Shown piece by piece: positions 1 through 10,455 of a stretch of 64,000 bases of DNA. The position numbers were made by a program, and so were the translations under genes. This DNA comes from Candidatus Altiarchaeota archaeon (GTDB taxonomy: Archaea; Altiarchaeota; Altiarchaeia; IMC4; QMZM01): positions 100,468 to 164,467 of the forward strand of contig JAWAEV010000001.1 of the NCBI GenBank assembly GCA_038891095.1. The letters are read 5' to 3'. Positions within the stretch are counted from its first letter, which is position 1, and every line of letters begins with the position of its first letter. The notes below the pieces were generated by a model. The model saw only the letters and a program-made list of their open reading frames with translations. It was not told where the DNA came from and ran no database searches.

Positions 1-37
1 CTGCTAAAAAAATTGGAAATTTTTCTATTATTTTCAT
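1..37 (-). CDS. 5' end of next gene of the leftward operon (partial, runs off window)
   Basis: ATG at 37-35 overlaps the TGA of the 298-aa ORF (ATGA coupling); reads MKIIEKFPIFLA with no stop to the window edge. Confidence 0.5.
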   Translation of the reverse strand, partial: MKIIEKFPIFLA

Positions 38-930
38 TCTGGTAGATAGTCTTTCAACACAGTTATTGTTCCTATAGTTATAAGTGCTAAAGTTAAACTT
101 GCTGCTATTTCGGAGATAAATTTTAACTCATAGGGAATTTTTCCAAATGTTAAAAGTAAGGCGGATATTGCAATAAGAGATATTGCCCCAACAATTTGTA
201 TAAATAAGAGTGAAAATGTAAATTCCATAAATCTCCTACCAAGAAATCTTGTTGGAATGAAAAGATATAGAAAAAGGGTTATTGGAAAAATAGCTGAGAA
301 AATTGATAATAGCAAATAACGAATAGCAAAGATAAGCAACGGTAAAAGAAGAGAGAGCATAATAAGGAATATAAAAGGAATTGAAGCAATTGATGATAGC
401 TCATTTAGTAATGAAAATTTTTCAATTAGATAATTTGCTGATGAAGTGAACATTACTAATGGATCTGCTGATGATAACATGAAAATTTCTTTTGTTAAAC
501 TTTCAGACAGTGAAAATAAAACGAATAGGATATATGATGAAAAGGGTAGAGCTATTATTGCAAAAATTAAATTTGGGATTAATGCTTTCGCAGTTGCTCT
601 CTCCCACGGAGTTCCAGAAAGAAAGATAAGATAAAACGCTGAAACTAACAATGCTAAAACACAAATTGGCTCAAGTACGTTGATCATACTTTTTACAACA
701 ACCTGGATACTTGGATGGGAGACATCTGGGTTTCGCTCTATCAGGCTCCTTAAGTTGTGCTCAAACAAAATTTTCAATGTTTTTATTGTTTCGATAAAAA
801 ATTTTTCAACAATTCCCTTTTTAATCCCCCTCTCAAGAATAAATTTTTCATAAAGAGAGCCCTCCTCCGTGATTGCAAAACAATAATTGCTAAGGAATAA
901 GATAACACAAAATGGAGCTATTCTTTTCAT
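34..930 (-). CDS. Polytopic membrane protein, VirB6/TrbL/CedA-like, with a pilin-like helical hairpin
   Basis: Signal peptide; hairpin ALLVSAFYLIFLSGTPWERATAKALIPNLIFAII; several later TM helices with the VirB6-like pattern IRYLLLSIFSAIFPITLFLYLFIPTRFLGRRFME. Confidence 0.6.
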   Translation of the reverse strand: MKRIAPFCVILFLSNYCFAITEEGSLYEKFILERGIKKGIVEKFFIETIKTLKILFEHNLRSLIERNPDVSHPSIQVVVKSMINVLEPICVLALLVSAFYLIFLSGTPWERATAKALIPNLIFAIIALPFSSYILFVLFSLSESLTKEIFMLSSADPLVMFTSSANYLIEKFSLLNELSSIASIPFIFLIMLSLLLPLLIFAIRYLLLSIFSAIFPITLFLYLFIPTRFLGRRFMEFTFSLLFIQIVGAISLIAISALLLTFGKIPYELKFISEIAASLTLALITIGTITVLKDYLPE

Positions 931-2510
931 CTTGAGATATACTTCTTTATTTTAGTTGCCGAAAAAATTAAGAGTATTGTGAATATGAAGAGTATTATGT
1001 AGTTTGAGTAATCCTTCTTGCAATCTATATCCTCATTATTTTCACAGTCAGGGTCACATTTGCCATCAGGTTGGGCATCACAATAATTATCTCTTGATCC
1101 TGAAGGACAATCTTTTGGGCAATTTAAAAAATTTTCAAATTCAATTTCACAGATAGCATTGTTATTACATAAACAATCTCTATCTAACTTTCTTTCACAG
1201 TCAGGGTCACATTTGCTATCAGATTGAGCATCACAATAATTATCTCTTTCTCCTGAGGGACAATCTTCAGGGCAATTTAAAAAATTTTCACCTTGCTCAA
1301 AGTTGCAGATATAATCAAAGTTGCAGATATCAACTATTGTAATATTCACTGAATCCGATGCTGAATTTTCAGTTGCATCAAAAACAGTTAAAGATAAAAT
1401 GTGCTTTCCTACAGGTAATTCCCTTATGTTATCAATTTTTCTTCCATCTAAATACCAATTTAGTATATACGGTTCCTTACCACCGAGAATTTTATATTCT
1501 ATTGGAATTTCTACTCCATAGCTATAAATTCTGTCTTTTAGCGGAGTAATTAAAACTCGCAGCTGAGAGTCCATCACTTCTATTTCAACTTTTTCTTCTA
1601 AAGTTTGTAAATTTGCATCAGTGACCTTAAGAGAAATTTCATGCTTTCCAACAGATAAACTTTTTGTTGAGAAATTTTTTTCATTACTAAGAAAACCATC
1701 TATGCTCGAAAACCATTCGTAGTTATAAGGCTCTTTTCCTAAGGCTGCAAACGCCCTGAAATTTATTTTCTCTCCCTTTATGTAAGTTTTAGAAACTGGT
1801 AAGAGTAAATCGATGAAAAATTTTTCTACACCATAAGATGGCTCTTCAAAGCGTTCTATCTTTTTTATTTGAATTGAAATTACATCTTTTGAAAATTCAT
1901 TGCTCTCGGGTTTATAAACTATGAAAGTTATTTCATGCCTCCCAAGAGACAGATTTTTTGCTATAAAATCCTTCTCCTTAGAGAGGGGGCCATCAATTGA
2001 TGATGTCCACTGATATTCATATTCGCTATCCTTGTGAATTCCCTCATTTCCAATCCCGGAAAAAATTATATCTTGTCCTTGATAAAAAGAGGAATTCTCC
2101 ATAGGTGATAGAATTTTTGCAGAAAGTTTGCCATATGTGAACAAAACGACTTGATTGCAGAAATAAACTTTCCCTGTATGTAAACCATGACAAATTTTTT
2201 TAAACTCTTGACTCTTGCATAAAACCCATGCTGATTCATTTATATCTAATGAAATCTGTGGGGAATTATCGCATTTTATCTCATTTCCATCAACAAAAAA
2301 TTTTACTTCGCCTTTACATCTCTCAAGGTAATTCACTATCGTAACTCCAAGTTCTGTGCAAGGTTCACCAAAATAAATCTCCTGATTTACTACTTGTGGG
2401 CTTTTACAACCTTCTGCACTACATTGAGCATTTACATTTGATGAATGAATCATTGCTAATGTTATTGCTATAGTGACTAAAAAAATTTTGGCAGCAAACC
2501 TTTCATTCAT
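927..2510 (-). CDS. Membrane-anchored partner protein 1: PKD/Ig-like repeats + Cys/Asp-rich stalk + C-terminal TM
   Basis: Signal peptide; repeats such as YQWTSSIDGPLS..LSLGRHEITF; two ENFLNCPxDCPSGxRDNYCD..CDPDC units; TM plus basic tail. Confidence 0.85.
   Translation of the reverse strand: MNERFAAKIFLVTIAITLAMIHSSNVNAQCSAEGCKSPQVVNQEIYFGEPCTELGVTIVNYLERCKGEVKFFVDGNEIKCDNSPQISLDINESAWVLCKSQEFKKICHGLHTGKVYFCNQVVLFTYGKLSAKILSPMENSSFYQGQDIIFSGIGNEGIHKDSEYEYQWTSSIDGPLSKEKDFIAKNLSLGRHEITFIVYKPESNEFSKDVISIQIKKIERFEEPSYGVEKFFIDLLLPVSKTYIKGEKINFRAFAALGKEPYNYEWFSSIDGFLSNEKNFSTKSLSVGKHEISLKVTDANLQTLEEKVEIEVMDSQLRVLITPLKDRIYSYGVEIPIEYKILGGKEPYILNWYLDGRKIDNIRELPVGKHILSLTVFDATENSASDSVNITIVDICNFDYICNFEQGENFLNCPEDCPSGERDNYCDAQSDSKCDPDCERKLDRDCLCNNNAICEIEFENFLNCPKDCPSGSRDNYCDAQPDGKCDPDCENNEDIDCKKDYSNYIILFIFTILLIFSATKIKKYISR
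1008..1278 (-). repeat. 271-bp inverted repeat, copy A (pairs with 11331-11601)
   Basis: Manual reverse-complement alignment shows 2 mismatches, both synonymous. Confidence 0.9.
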
Positions 2511-5500
2511 TTTCTTTTGTCTCCACTTCTTTTTTTATTTCTTCAAATTTAAGTCGTCCTCCTTTGAACCATCTATAGAATAAAGCCATTGCTATTAGAA
2601 CTATCAAAAGTAATAGAAATTCTGGTGACAAAAACCACCAAATTCTCTTGAATGAAATTACATCCAAGTAGTCAGAAGTCTCAGTCTCTGTGAATTTCTC
2701 ATCCCCTAAGAATATGAACTTAACTTTTGTGCTTTCTTCACCAAGTTTAAATAAAAATGTCGCTCTTCCTTCACCATCTGTTCTTATATCTTGAGAGATG
2801 CCATAACCTTCAACCTTTACTGTAATTTTTCTGTTAGGGATTCCACTATTTGTGAGGGGGTTTATAAGTCTTATATTAATTTTAACATCTGTCCCTGGAT
2901 TTAGGTTATATCTACCTGGCCCAACACTTTCAACTATAATTTTTGATGGCTCTCTTAGGGTTACATTAATGCTAAATTCTTTATTTTCTGGTGGAGTAAC
3001 CTCTTTTCTTGGTGGAAATAATTTATAAGTTTGTGTCAATGTGTCATTTCTAAAATGTATGAAAATTGTCAAGCTAGCTTCTTTAAAATCTTCATTGCTA
3101 ATAAATTCGGGAAATTGAATTGTTGTGAAGTTTAGAATATAAATGCCAGTACTTCCAGCTTCTTCTGTTCCAGGAAGGGTTGACATTCCCGCTGATGAAT
3201 AGAATGAAGACATAAATACTTTTTGTGCCTCAGATGCTGCACCTTCTATATGTATAGTATAATAGAAAACTCTTCCATTACCATATTTGAAAGTTACTGC
3301 CATTGGCTTGTCATACTGTCCAGAGGAGTAAGAACCTCTTGCTAAAACTTTAGTTTCTGGATTGTTAATGCTGTCAATCACCACTGTTCCCTGAAGGAGC
3401 TCCCATCCAGATATGCTTTCATAGGGTGTTTGGAAGAATTCTCTTAGATCTTGAGATAAGTCATAAGTCCCTCTGACTGAACCTTCCCAAATTTCCGCAG
3501 TTCCGCTTCCAGATTTTGATCCAGTAAAATATCCTGGAAAAATTCCTTGTAGGTGATCATAATCCCAATCAGTTCCAATATAAGTTCCGCAATTTTCAAC
3601 AAATTTCCTTATCTCTTCAGCAGATGCTCCTGTTGGTCCAGAAGGACAACCAAAAATTATAACATCTGCATCTGTAAGGCACTCCTTACTCCATTGCTTG
3701 AATGGAATCTTCATTTCATTGAAAATATGTGAAGGCTGATCATAACTGCCATCTTGAATGCAAATTTTCAATGGTAAAATTAGCCTTACTAATGCACTTC
3801 CTGATGAACCTGCAGTGTAGTAATCTACATTTTTGAAATCTTCATTTTTTGCAATTACTTTCTCAACAATTTCCTTTGCATTTCCTGCTGATGAAACAAC
3901 AACATATGGGCCTGCATTATATTTAACTCCTAAAAATTCAATTGGGCCTATAATTCTACCAACTTTAAATTTTGTGTTTATATTGCACGATGATGGTTCT
4001 TGTGAGCATTTAGAAAGAGCCCATACAAGCCCATGAACTTTTAAAGGCTCATTCTGCTTATCACAAGCATTTGCATCTGCGGGATCAGTTGGAATTATAA
4101 CATCATTTGAAGAAATTTGCCAATTTTCTGGTTTTATCTCATTGCAAGTTTTTGGCTTTGTGACATTTATCTTTGTTATTATATGCTCAACTTCTCCTGC
4201 TAAACTTCCGCCTGTTTGAGAAATTGTTTTTTCAGGAGGATATCTCTGATCTATTATCTTTAAATCACTCCTTTCTTTTGTGTAAAGGTCAACAAAGTCA
4301 TAATAGTAAAATTCCTCATCATGGTATGTTTTCAGTGAATATAATGGCCTCAAATAGCTTTGGTCTGTTTCTTTGCAAATACAATCTTTTCTTTTGTAAT
4401 AAACAGGTGGTTTTTCTGAGTAATCAACACATGTAACATCAGTTAAATCATAACTTGGGCAGAAGCAATTTGGAGGACAAATCTCTTTTCCTTGTGCTAA
4501 ATAAGGAAATTCAAAACCTACCGCTGTTGGTATTTGTGATTCATAACCATAAGCATCTTCCATTTTATAAGTCAAATGTGCAGGTAAATTTCCATATGCA
4601 GGATCAGGATTTATTGGTGTGTATGGAAGTGCAGGCATATAAATTCCATGGTGAATATCTTTCCTATAAAGCTCATGTTTTATTGGATACGCTAAAGAAG
4701 AATATTCAAGTTTTGAATTTTTTACATTAAGAATAAATTTACTTATAATATCTGGTGAGACATCTATTCTAAGAGTTCCCTTATGTGTGATAAATTTCTC
4801 ATCACCATAACTATCAACGCCACCTGTTATTGAAATATTTATATCACGGAGGATATTTTTATGTATAACTGGTGGGCCTTTACCAATGCAATTTAAACTT
4901 GACCTCCATGCCATACTACCTGAAATATCATTAACAAGAACTACTGCTGCAGGTAACTCACTTTTAACAATTGATGCTAACTCATTGTAAATGCATTCCC
5001 ATGGACAATCACAACTTACAGCATAGAATTTTCCATTTCCAAGATTTGCTAATTCCTCCATAAAAGAAAGAACAGCATCATCGCCAATTGCAACAGTGTG
5101 CACTGTTATACCTTCAGAGGCAGCTGCTCGAACTGCCTCTCTTGCAGCTTCTTGTGCAGTGGAGGGAGTTGGAACATTCGGAATTCCATCAGAGAAGAGG
5201 ATTATATGCTTTTTACCTTCAGCACCAGATAAAAGTTCGGTTCCTTTTTGTATACCGCAAGCTATACAAGTTGCAGCCATTGGCCTGTAAGAATTTATCT
5301 CGTTATATAGCTGCTCTTTATCAGTTGTTAATGGGAGCGAAGAGATAACTGAAGTGCTAAAGCTGACTAAACCAACTGGAACATCTGGTACAACTTTATC
5401 AACAAATCCCTTAGTTGCTTCCTTAAGAGCATCTATTTTTCTTTTATCAAGATCAATTGCTGTGCCTATGGCATCATTGACATATTCCTCTGTTTGTATT

Positions 5501-7518
5501 ACTATTGGTCCAGCATAGCAACAACCACAGCAACATCCCGGACAAGTAGGATCACATGCCCATGTATGGTCAATAAGAGATGTTTCAAAATGTTCTTTAA
5601 TACTTATTGGTAGATCATCAGCGCTCTCTTTTAAATCATACTTAAATGTTATATCCTGTGCTATGACAAATTGGGCTCTGTTGCTTGAAGGATAATAAAC
5701 CTGAGTTAAAGTGTAAACTCCTGATGCAGGGTCCTTTGTGAAGATAGCAGTAGTTATTCTGAAAGGTATATTACCAGTTGAGATAACAGTTAGAGCACCA
5801 TTACTTACTGTAACCTTTGTAGGGGAATTTTGAGTTATTCTCACTCCCGAAGTTCTTATTTCTATGTCAGGTATTATAATTTTTATTACATTTGTTACTC
5901 CAGAATTGAAATAAGCAGATAATCTACATGGGAAATATGGACATTGAGAGCAATAGCAATTACAGAAGGGTGCACACATTCTATCGCATTCCCACCAACA
6001 TGCTGGCTCTCTTCTAAAACCACCACCAGCATATAATACATTTTTTCCTGTTCTTCCCCATTGCATGTTATTTCTTTCATCATTTAAATAAGGAGTATTA
6101 GTGAAAATTTTCACCCATACTTCTCTGAACAATTTTGAATCAAAATTATGTGTGCAATAAGCCTCTGGAACTTTCAAAACACTTTTAATTGTTGATCTAT
6201 CAGGCATTTCTTGGACTTCCTGCATTTCATTCCATTCATGCTGCTTTTCTAAATATTCATCATCTGCAGTTTCAAAATTTCTTGATGTTTTTTCTTCCTT
6301 GTCTTTCACTCCAAAGGAATACCATGGGTAGTTTACTACAGAACTTGGAAGGGATGTTCTTTGCTTACACCATGCAGTATCTTTTAGAGGTGTTCTATAG
6401 CAGAAAAGGTAGTCACTATAGGGCCGCCCCCATAAATTAAGATATTTTTCATAAATACACTCTGTATAATCATAGACCTGTTCACAGCTAGGACAGCATC
6501 CCCAAGGAAACACATTACAAGGACATAATCCTGAAGAAACACAATCAAATGTACATTCCAAAGATTCAGGCTGCTTATGATAACATTCATCAAGCAATAA
6601 TTTGTTTACAGCATCGGAATAAGCTCTTGCATCAACTATAACATATTCCTTTTTTTCTTTTTCAAAAGATATGTCCTCTTCAGCAAGAAAATACATGTCC
6701 TTTTTGTTATTATCAACCTTTTCAATTAACCAGTACCAAAGTATTTTATCATTATAGATGAAATCTATTGGATTATAAAGCTGAGCATCAACAACTCCAA
6801 AAATGCTTTCAGTTTCGCTTTTTTTTGCATAGCATAAAACAAAGGGCTTTTCAATTCCTTGAAATATATTTTCTGGAAAATTTAATTTGCTATAAATTTC
6901 AGCACTTGAATGTGGATAAGTAACAACCCTGTACTCAGAGAAACTTCCTTTAATTTTTTCACAGTTACTTAAATTTATTTCAATGTCCTTACAATATGGG
7001 CAACATTCTAAAGGATAGCCATCAAAGCCATCAACTTCCTTATGAAGTTTTTTTGTTTTTATTTTTGTTGCAATTACAACATCTTGTGAAGAATCATAAA
7101 GTTTTATCTCCTCACATTCAGAAACTGTTCTTATTGTGAGATTTATGCAAACCTTTTCAGAATTTTTTCCAGAGGCGTCAGTTGCAAATGCGCAAAACGT
7201 ATATTCACCAGCAGATGAAAATTTTTTTATAAAGCATGGTGGTTCTTTACAGCAAGTTAATGATGTGCAAGTTCTTGAGCTATAGCAACTGCATTCTTCA
7301 ATATTACCGGAGTTATCTTCAAGGAAAATTTTCTCTAAGCCAATATCATCAGTTGCTTCAATAATAAAGATAACTTCGCTATTAACAAAAGCAGGATTTG
7401 GCTGAGCTGTGAATGAAACAATTTTTGGAGGCTCATCTGCTGACACATTAGCTAAATTTCCAATTGATGTGAGAAGTGAAATTAAAAGTATATAAAGGAC
7501 TTTTTCTTGCTTATTCAT
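2503..7518 (-). CDS. Giant surface protein: Ig-like, Cys-rich, permuted vWA, GATase-like fold, Ig-like, C-terminal TM
   Basis: Signal peptide; vWA elements VGLVSFS, IILFSDG, VHTVAIG and VVLVNDISGSM; ADVIIFGC..IRKFVENCG..YGNGRVFY; TM FLLLLIVLIAMALFY. Confidence 0.85.
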   Translation of the reverse strand: MNKQEKVLYILLISLLTSIGNLANVSADEPPKIVSFTAQPNPAFVNSEVIFIIEATDDIGLEKIFLEDNSGNIEECSCYSSRTCTSLTCCKEPPCFIKKFSSAGEYTFCAFATDASGKNSEKVCINLTIRTVSECEEIKLYDSSQDVVIATKIKTKKLHKEVDGFDGYPLECCPYCKDIEINLSNCEKIKGSFSEYRVVTYPHSSAEIYSKLNFPENIFQGIEKPFVLCYAKKSETESIFGVVDAQLYNPIDFIYNDKILWYWLIEKVDNNKKDMYFLAEEDISFEKEKKEYVIVDARAYSDAVNKLLLDECYHKQPESLECTFDCVSSGLCPCNVFPWGCCPSCEQVYDYTECIYEKYLNLWGRPYSDYLFCYRTPLKDTAWCKQRTSLPSSVVNYPWYSFGVKDKEEKTSRNFETADDEYLEKQHEWNEMQEVQEMPDRSTIKSVLKVPEAYCTHNFDSKLFREVWVKIFTNTPYLNDERNNMQWGRTGKNVLYAGGGFRREPACWWECDRMCAPFCNCYCSQCPYFPCRLSAYFNSGVTNVIKIIIPDIEIRTSGVRITQNSPTKVTVSNGALTVISTGNIPFRITTAIFTKDPASGVYTLTQVYYPSSNRAQFVIAQDITFKYDLKESADDLPISIKEHFETSLIDHTWACDPTCPGCCCGCCYAGPIVIQTEEYVNDAIGTAIDLDKRKIDALKEATKGFVDKVVPDVPVGLVSFSTSVISSLPLTTDKEQLYNEINSYRPMAATCIACGIQKGTELLSGAEGKKHIILFSDGIPNVPTPSTAQEAAREAVRAAASEGITVHTVAIGDDAVLSFMEELANLGNGKFYAVSCDCPWECIYNELASIVKSELPAAVVLVNDISGSMAWRSSLNCIGKGPPVIHKNILRDINISITGGVDSYGDEKFITHKGTLRIDVSPDIISKFILNVKNSKLEYSSLAYPIKHELYRKDIHHGIYMPALPYTPINPDPAYGNLPAHLTYKMEDAYGYESQIPTAVGFEFPYLAQGKEICPPNCFCPSYDLTDVTCVDYSEKPPVYYKRKDCICKETDQSYLRPLYSLKTYHDEEFYYYDFVDLYTKERSDLKIIDQRYPPEKTISQTGGSLAGEVEHIITKINVTKPKTCNEIKPENWQISSNDVIIPTDPADANACDKQNEPLKVHGLVWALSKCSQEPSSCNINTKFKVGRIIGPIEFLGVKYNAGPYVVVSSAGNAKEIVEKVIAKNEDFKNVDYYTAGSSGSALVRLILPLKICIQDGSYDQPSHIFNEMKIPFKQWSKECLTDADVIIFGCPSGPTGASAEEIRKFVENCGTYIGTDWDYDHLQGIFPGYFTGSKSGSGTAEIWEGSVRGTYDLSQDLREFFQTPYESISGWELLQGTVVIDSINNPETKVLARGSYSSGQYDKPMAVTFKYGNGRVFYYTIHIEGAASEAQKVFMSSFYSSAGMSTLPGTEEAGSTGIYILNFTTIQFPEFISNEDFKEASLTIFIHFRNDTLTQTYKLFPPRKEVTPPENKEFSINVTLREPSKIIVESVGPGRYNLNPGTDVKINIRLINPLTNSGIPNRKITVKVEGYGISQDIRTDGEGRATFLFKLGEESTKVKFIFLGDEKFTETETSDYLDVISFKRIWWFLSPEFLLLLIVLIAMALFYRWFKGGRLKFEEIKKEVETKENE

Positions 7519-7595
7519 TTTTTGTTATCTGCTATAATTATTTATTCAATCATAAAGTATTTAAACTTTACTTGAAATAATTAATTTAATGCAAA

Positions 7596-7880
7596 ATGCC
7601 AAAAGAAGGTGACACTGCTGTAATGTATTGCAGCAAATGCAAGGTTTCAACGCCACATACATACAAGAGTTCATTTGTTGGAGATCTCTCAAAGAAAATT
7701 TTAGGAAAAAATCTTAAGGATATTGGCTCTGGATGGTATTGCAATAATTGTGGTAAGAAAAGTGCTCCAGATGATCTATCAGATAACATTGAAGATTTTA
7801 ATATTGAGGATATTTCAGATGACTCAACAAGTCATGAAGACTATGCTAACTCCGAAGGAGAATATTATGATGAATATTAA
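7596..7880 (+). CDS. Small Zn-ribbon protein with acidic tail
   Basis: CSKC...CNNC pairs; D/E-rich C-terminus; first gene of the rightward operon. Confidence 0.7.
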   Translation: MPKEGDTAVMYCSKCKVSTPHTYKSSFVGDLSKKILGKNLKDIGSGWYCNNCGKKSAPDDLSDNIEDFNIEDISDDSTSHEDYANSEGEYYDEY

Positions 7881-7888
7881 TACTTAAA

Positions 7889-10453
7889 ATGAATTTTTCA
7901 AGAAAAAAATTTTCATTTTTTTTGCTCTTAATTTTTATGATATCCTCAGCTGTGATTTCAGAGGCAAAATCGCCTATTGCAGATGCACGCTGCGGTTTCT
8001 CAAGTGAAGATGTAACACAAAAGTATGTCTATGCCATTGTTGGAGAAAGAATTTATTTTGATGGCTCAAAATCTTTTGATTTAGATAAGAATGGCTATAT
8101 AACAGGTTATTATTGGGATTTTGATGATGGCTTCACAGCTATTGGCCAAAAAGTTGAGCATAAATTTTCCTCTCCTGGGAAGTATATAGTAAGATTAATT
8201 GTTGTTGACAATGAAAATACTCCTAGTGTTATTCCAAGTGAAATCTCAGTTTATATCTCAGAAAAAATTTCAGCAAAAATTTTAAAGCCAAGAGACAACT
8301 CAGAATTCATAAGAGATACAGAAACTATAGAATTTCTTGGAAATGCTTCTGGTGGCACACCATGTTATGAAAAACCAAATTATAAATATTTATGGAAGTC
8401 AAATGTTGTTGGTGTTATTGGAAATGAAAAAGAATTCTCTTTAAGGGCAAATTCTCTTCCATTAGGATGGCATACAATAACTTTAGAAATTGAAGATTGT
8501 CTTGGAAATAAAGCAAATGATACAATAGCCATTGCAATTGTTGAATCATTAAAAGCAGAAATCCTCGAAACATGCAAAGGTGCATCTGAAACCACGGAGA
8601 AAATTTTTGGTAGAGTTGTATTTGATAGCTCATGGGTTAGATTTATTCCTTATGGAGAGATTTCAAAAGGGATTTTCTCGTGCAATAATTCAATTTATGT
8701 AAAAAATATAGCAAAATGGCTTGATCACAATGGAAAAATTTTAATTTACATTTCATCTGATGAAGATGAATTCTCTGCAAAAGCTGAAACATTAAAAAAT
8801 TTTCTCTCAAATGAAGGCTATGATGTTGACTTAGCTAAAAGACCTCAAAAGATATCATATGAATTACTATCGCAATACGGGCAGGTTTGGTTTATTGATA
8901 CTGAGAGACATACAACTTTAGATGATGATGAAATTAATGCAATTTTGAAATATCATAATAATAAAGGAAATTTACTTCTATCAGGAGAGGTAGACAGCGA
9001 AGGGACTTTCTCGGATATAGTAAATAAAATTTCAGAAAATTTTAAGGTCAGCATGAAAGAGAAGTTTTTAATCCCTGAGAATATTGTTGATGAAGAAAAT
9101 TGCATTTCTGCTTCATTTTTAGAGCATGAATTAACAAAAGACGTTGAAAAATTGTCAACATCAAAAGATGACCTTCTCATTAGAACAAAAAATCTAAATG
9201 TTAAAGAGATAGCAATTGTTAATGCTAAGGGATATATTTTCGCTTTGGATTATGAAGTAAAGAGCACTGAAGCAAAAAGCTATATATGCGATTGTGAAGT
9301 AAAATTTACTGGAAAAGCTTCTGGTGGAATGCCACCATATGAAGTAAAGTGGATTTCCCTTGAAGATGGTGTTATTGATAGATTTTGGATTAATAGCAGT
9401 GGTGGCACTTACACTTTGCTTTCAACACCTCCATTACTAAAACCACTCACTGAAGGCACACACGCAATTAAATTTGAAGTTGTTGATTCCTTAGGAATGA
9501 GAGCTTCTGATATAAGATATGAAGTGAATATAAAATGGTGCTGTGCTTTAGGAACTAATTGCAAAACATATTGGCCAAAACATGAAGGGCCTCTTGTCAC
9601 TACAGGAAATGAAATAGCAAACGCTTGTGATGTCTATGAGGTATGCCATCCTGATTTGTGGCAATTGGCTAAAGAAGCAATTGAATGCTGTAAATGGAAA
9701 TGCTCAGGCAGATGCCATGAGAAATGCAATTATGTTTATTCAGAAGGAGAAAGATTAGGCACTACACCAGAAGGCTTAAACTTAGATGGTCTAAAAAAAT
9801 GTGCAGGTCTTTACATTATATATGGTTTTGGTAAGCCAGAATCTGCAGTTTATATGAGTGATTATTTTTGGCCTGAAATTTGTTGTTTAGGACATCCTCT
9901 TTGCTTAGTTGGCTGTTGTAGTGCAGATTTAGGCAGATGTAGATGTTGTTATCATAGCTATACAAAGAATGTTGAAGCACTTCCTTGCAGAGGAGCTGTT
10001 GCCAATGCTGCACCTATTGGCTGGGCATCTGATGCAGCAATGAATAAAAATTCCTGTACTTTCTCTGATTTATCAGCACATATGAGCATTCTTGGAGATC
10101 AAGGTGTTGTAACTTCAGCATCTGGTATTAACACAGGAACATGTTGTGATTATGCAAATTCTCTTGCAACAATGCTAAGAATAGTTGGCTATAAACCAGA
10201 TGAAGTTTATGCAAACACTGGCCCGGGACATTGCTATAATTTAGTTAAATTTCCACAAGATGATAAATTTCATATTATTGACACTACAGGAAATTGCTAT
10301 TTGCCATTATGTGGAGCAGGTGGTCTTATAGAAGGTGAACCTTACGTGCCAAGAGACAAAACAACATGTGGACCTACATATCCTTACTGCTCATATTTCG
10401 ACTGTAGAAATGATATGGGTATGGCACCTTGTCCAGAAGCATATGGATGTTGA
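7889..10453 (+). CDS. Secreted PKD + GATase-like + transglutaminase-like (Cys-His-Asp) protein
   Basis: PKD (FDGSKSFD..YYWDFDDG..HKFSSPGKY); GTCCDYANSLATMLR..GHCYNLV..HIIDTT matches the transglutaminase-like core. Confidence 0.8.
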   Translation: MNFSRKKFSFFLLLIFMISSAVISEAKSPIADARCGFSSEDVTQKYVYAIVGERIYFDGSKSFDLDKNGYITGYYWDFDDGFTAIGQKVEHKFSSPGKYIVRLIVVDNENTPSVIPSEISVYISEKISAKILKPRDNSEFIRDTETIEFLGNASGGTPCYEKPNYKYLWKSNVVGVIGNEKEFSLRANSLPLGWHTITLEIEDCLGNKANDTIAIAIVESLKAEILETCKGASETTEKIFGRVVFDSSWVRFIPYGEISKGIFSCNNSIYVKNIAKWLDHNGKILIYISSDEDEFSAKAETLKNFLSNEGYDVDLAKRPQKISYELLSQYGQVWFIDTERHTTLDDDEINAILKYHNNKGNLLLSGEVDSEGTFSDIVNKISENFKVSMKEKFLIPENIVDEENCISASFLEHELTKDVEKLSTSKDDLLIRTKNLNVKEIAIVNAKGYIFALDYEVKSTEAKSYICDCEVKFTGKASGGMPPYEVKWISLEDGVIDRFWINSSGGTYTLLSTPPLLKPLTEGTHAIKFEVVDSLGMRASDIRYEVNIKWCCALGTNCKTYWPKHEGPLVTTGNEIANACDVYEVCHPDLWQLAKEAIECCKWKCSGRCHEKCNYVYSEGERLGTTPEGLNLDGLKKCAGLYIIYGFGKPESAVYMSDYFWPEICCLGHPLCLVGCCSADLGRCRCCYHSYTKNVEALPCRGAVANAAPIGWASDAAMNKNSCTFSDLSAHMSILGDQGVVTSASGINTGTCCDYANSLATMLRIVGYKPDEVYANTGPGHCYNLVKFPQDDKFHIIDTTGNCYLPLCGAGGLIEGEPYVPRDKTTCGPTYPYCSYFDCRNDMGMAPCPEAYGC

Positions 10454-10455
10454 AA

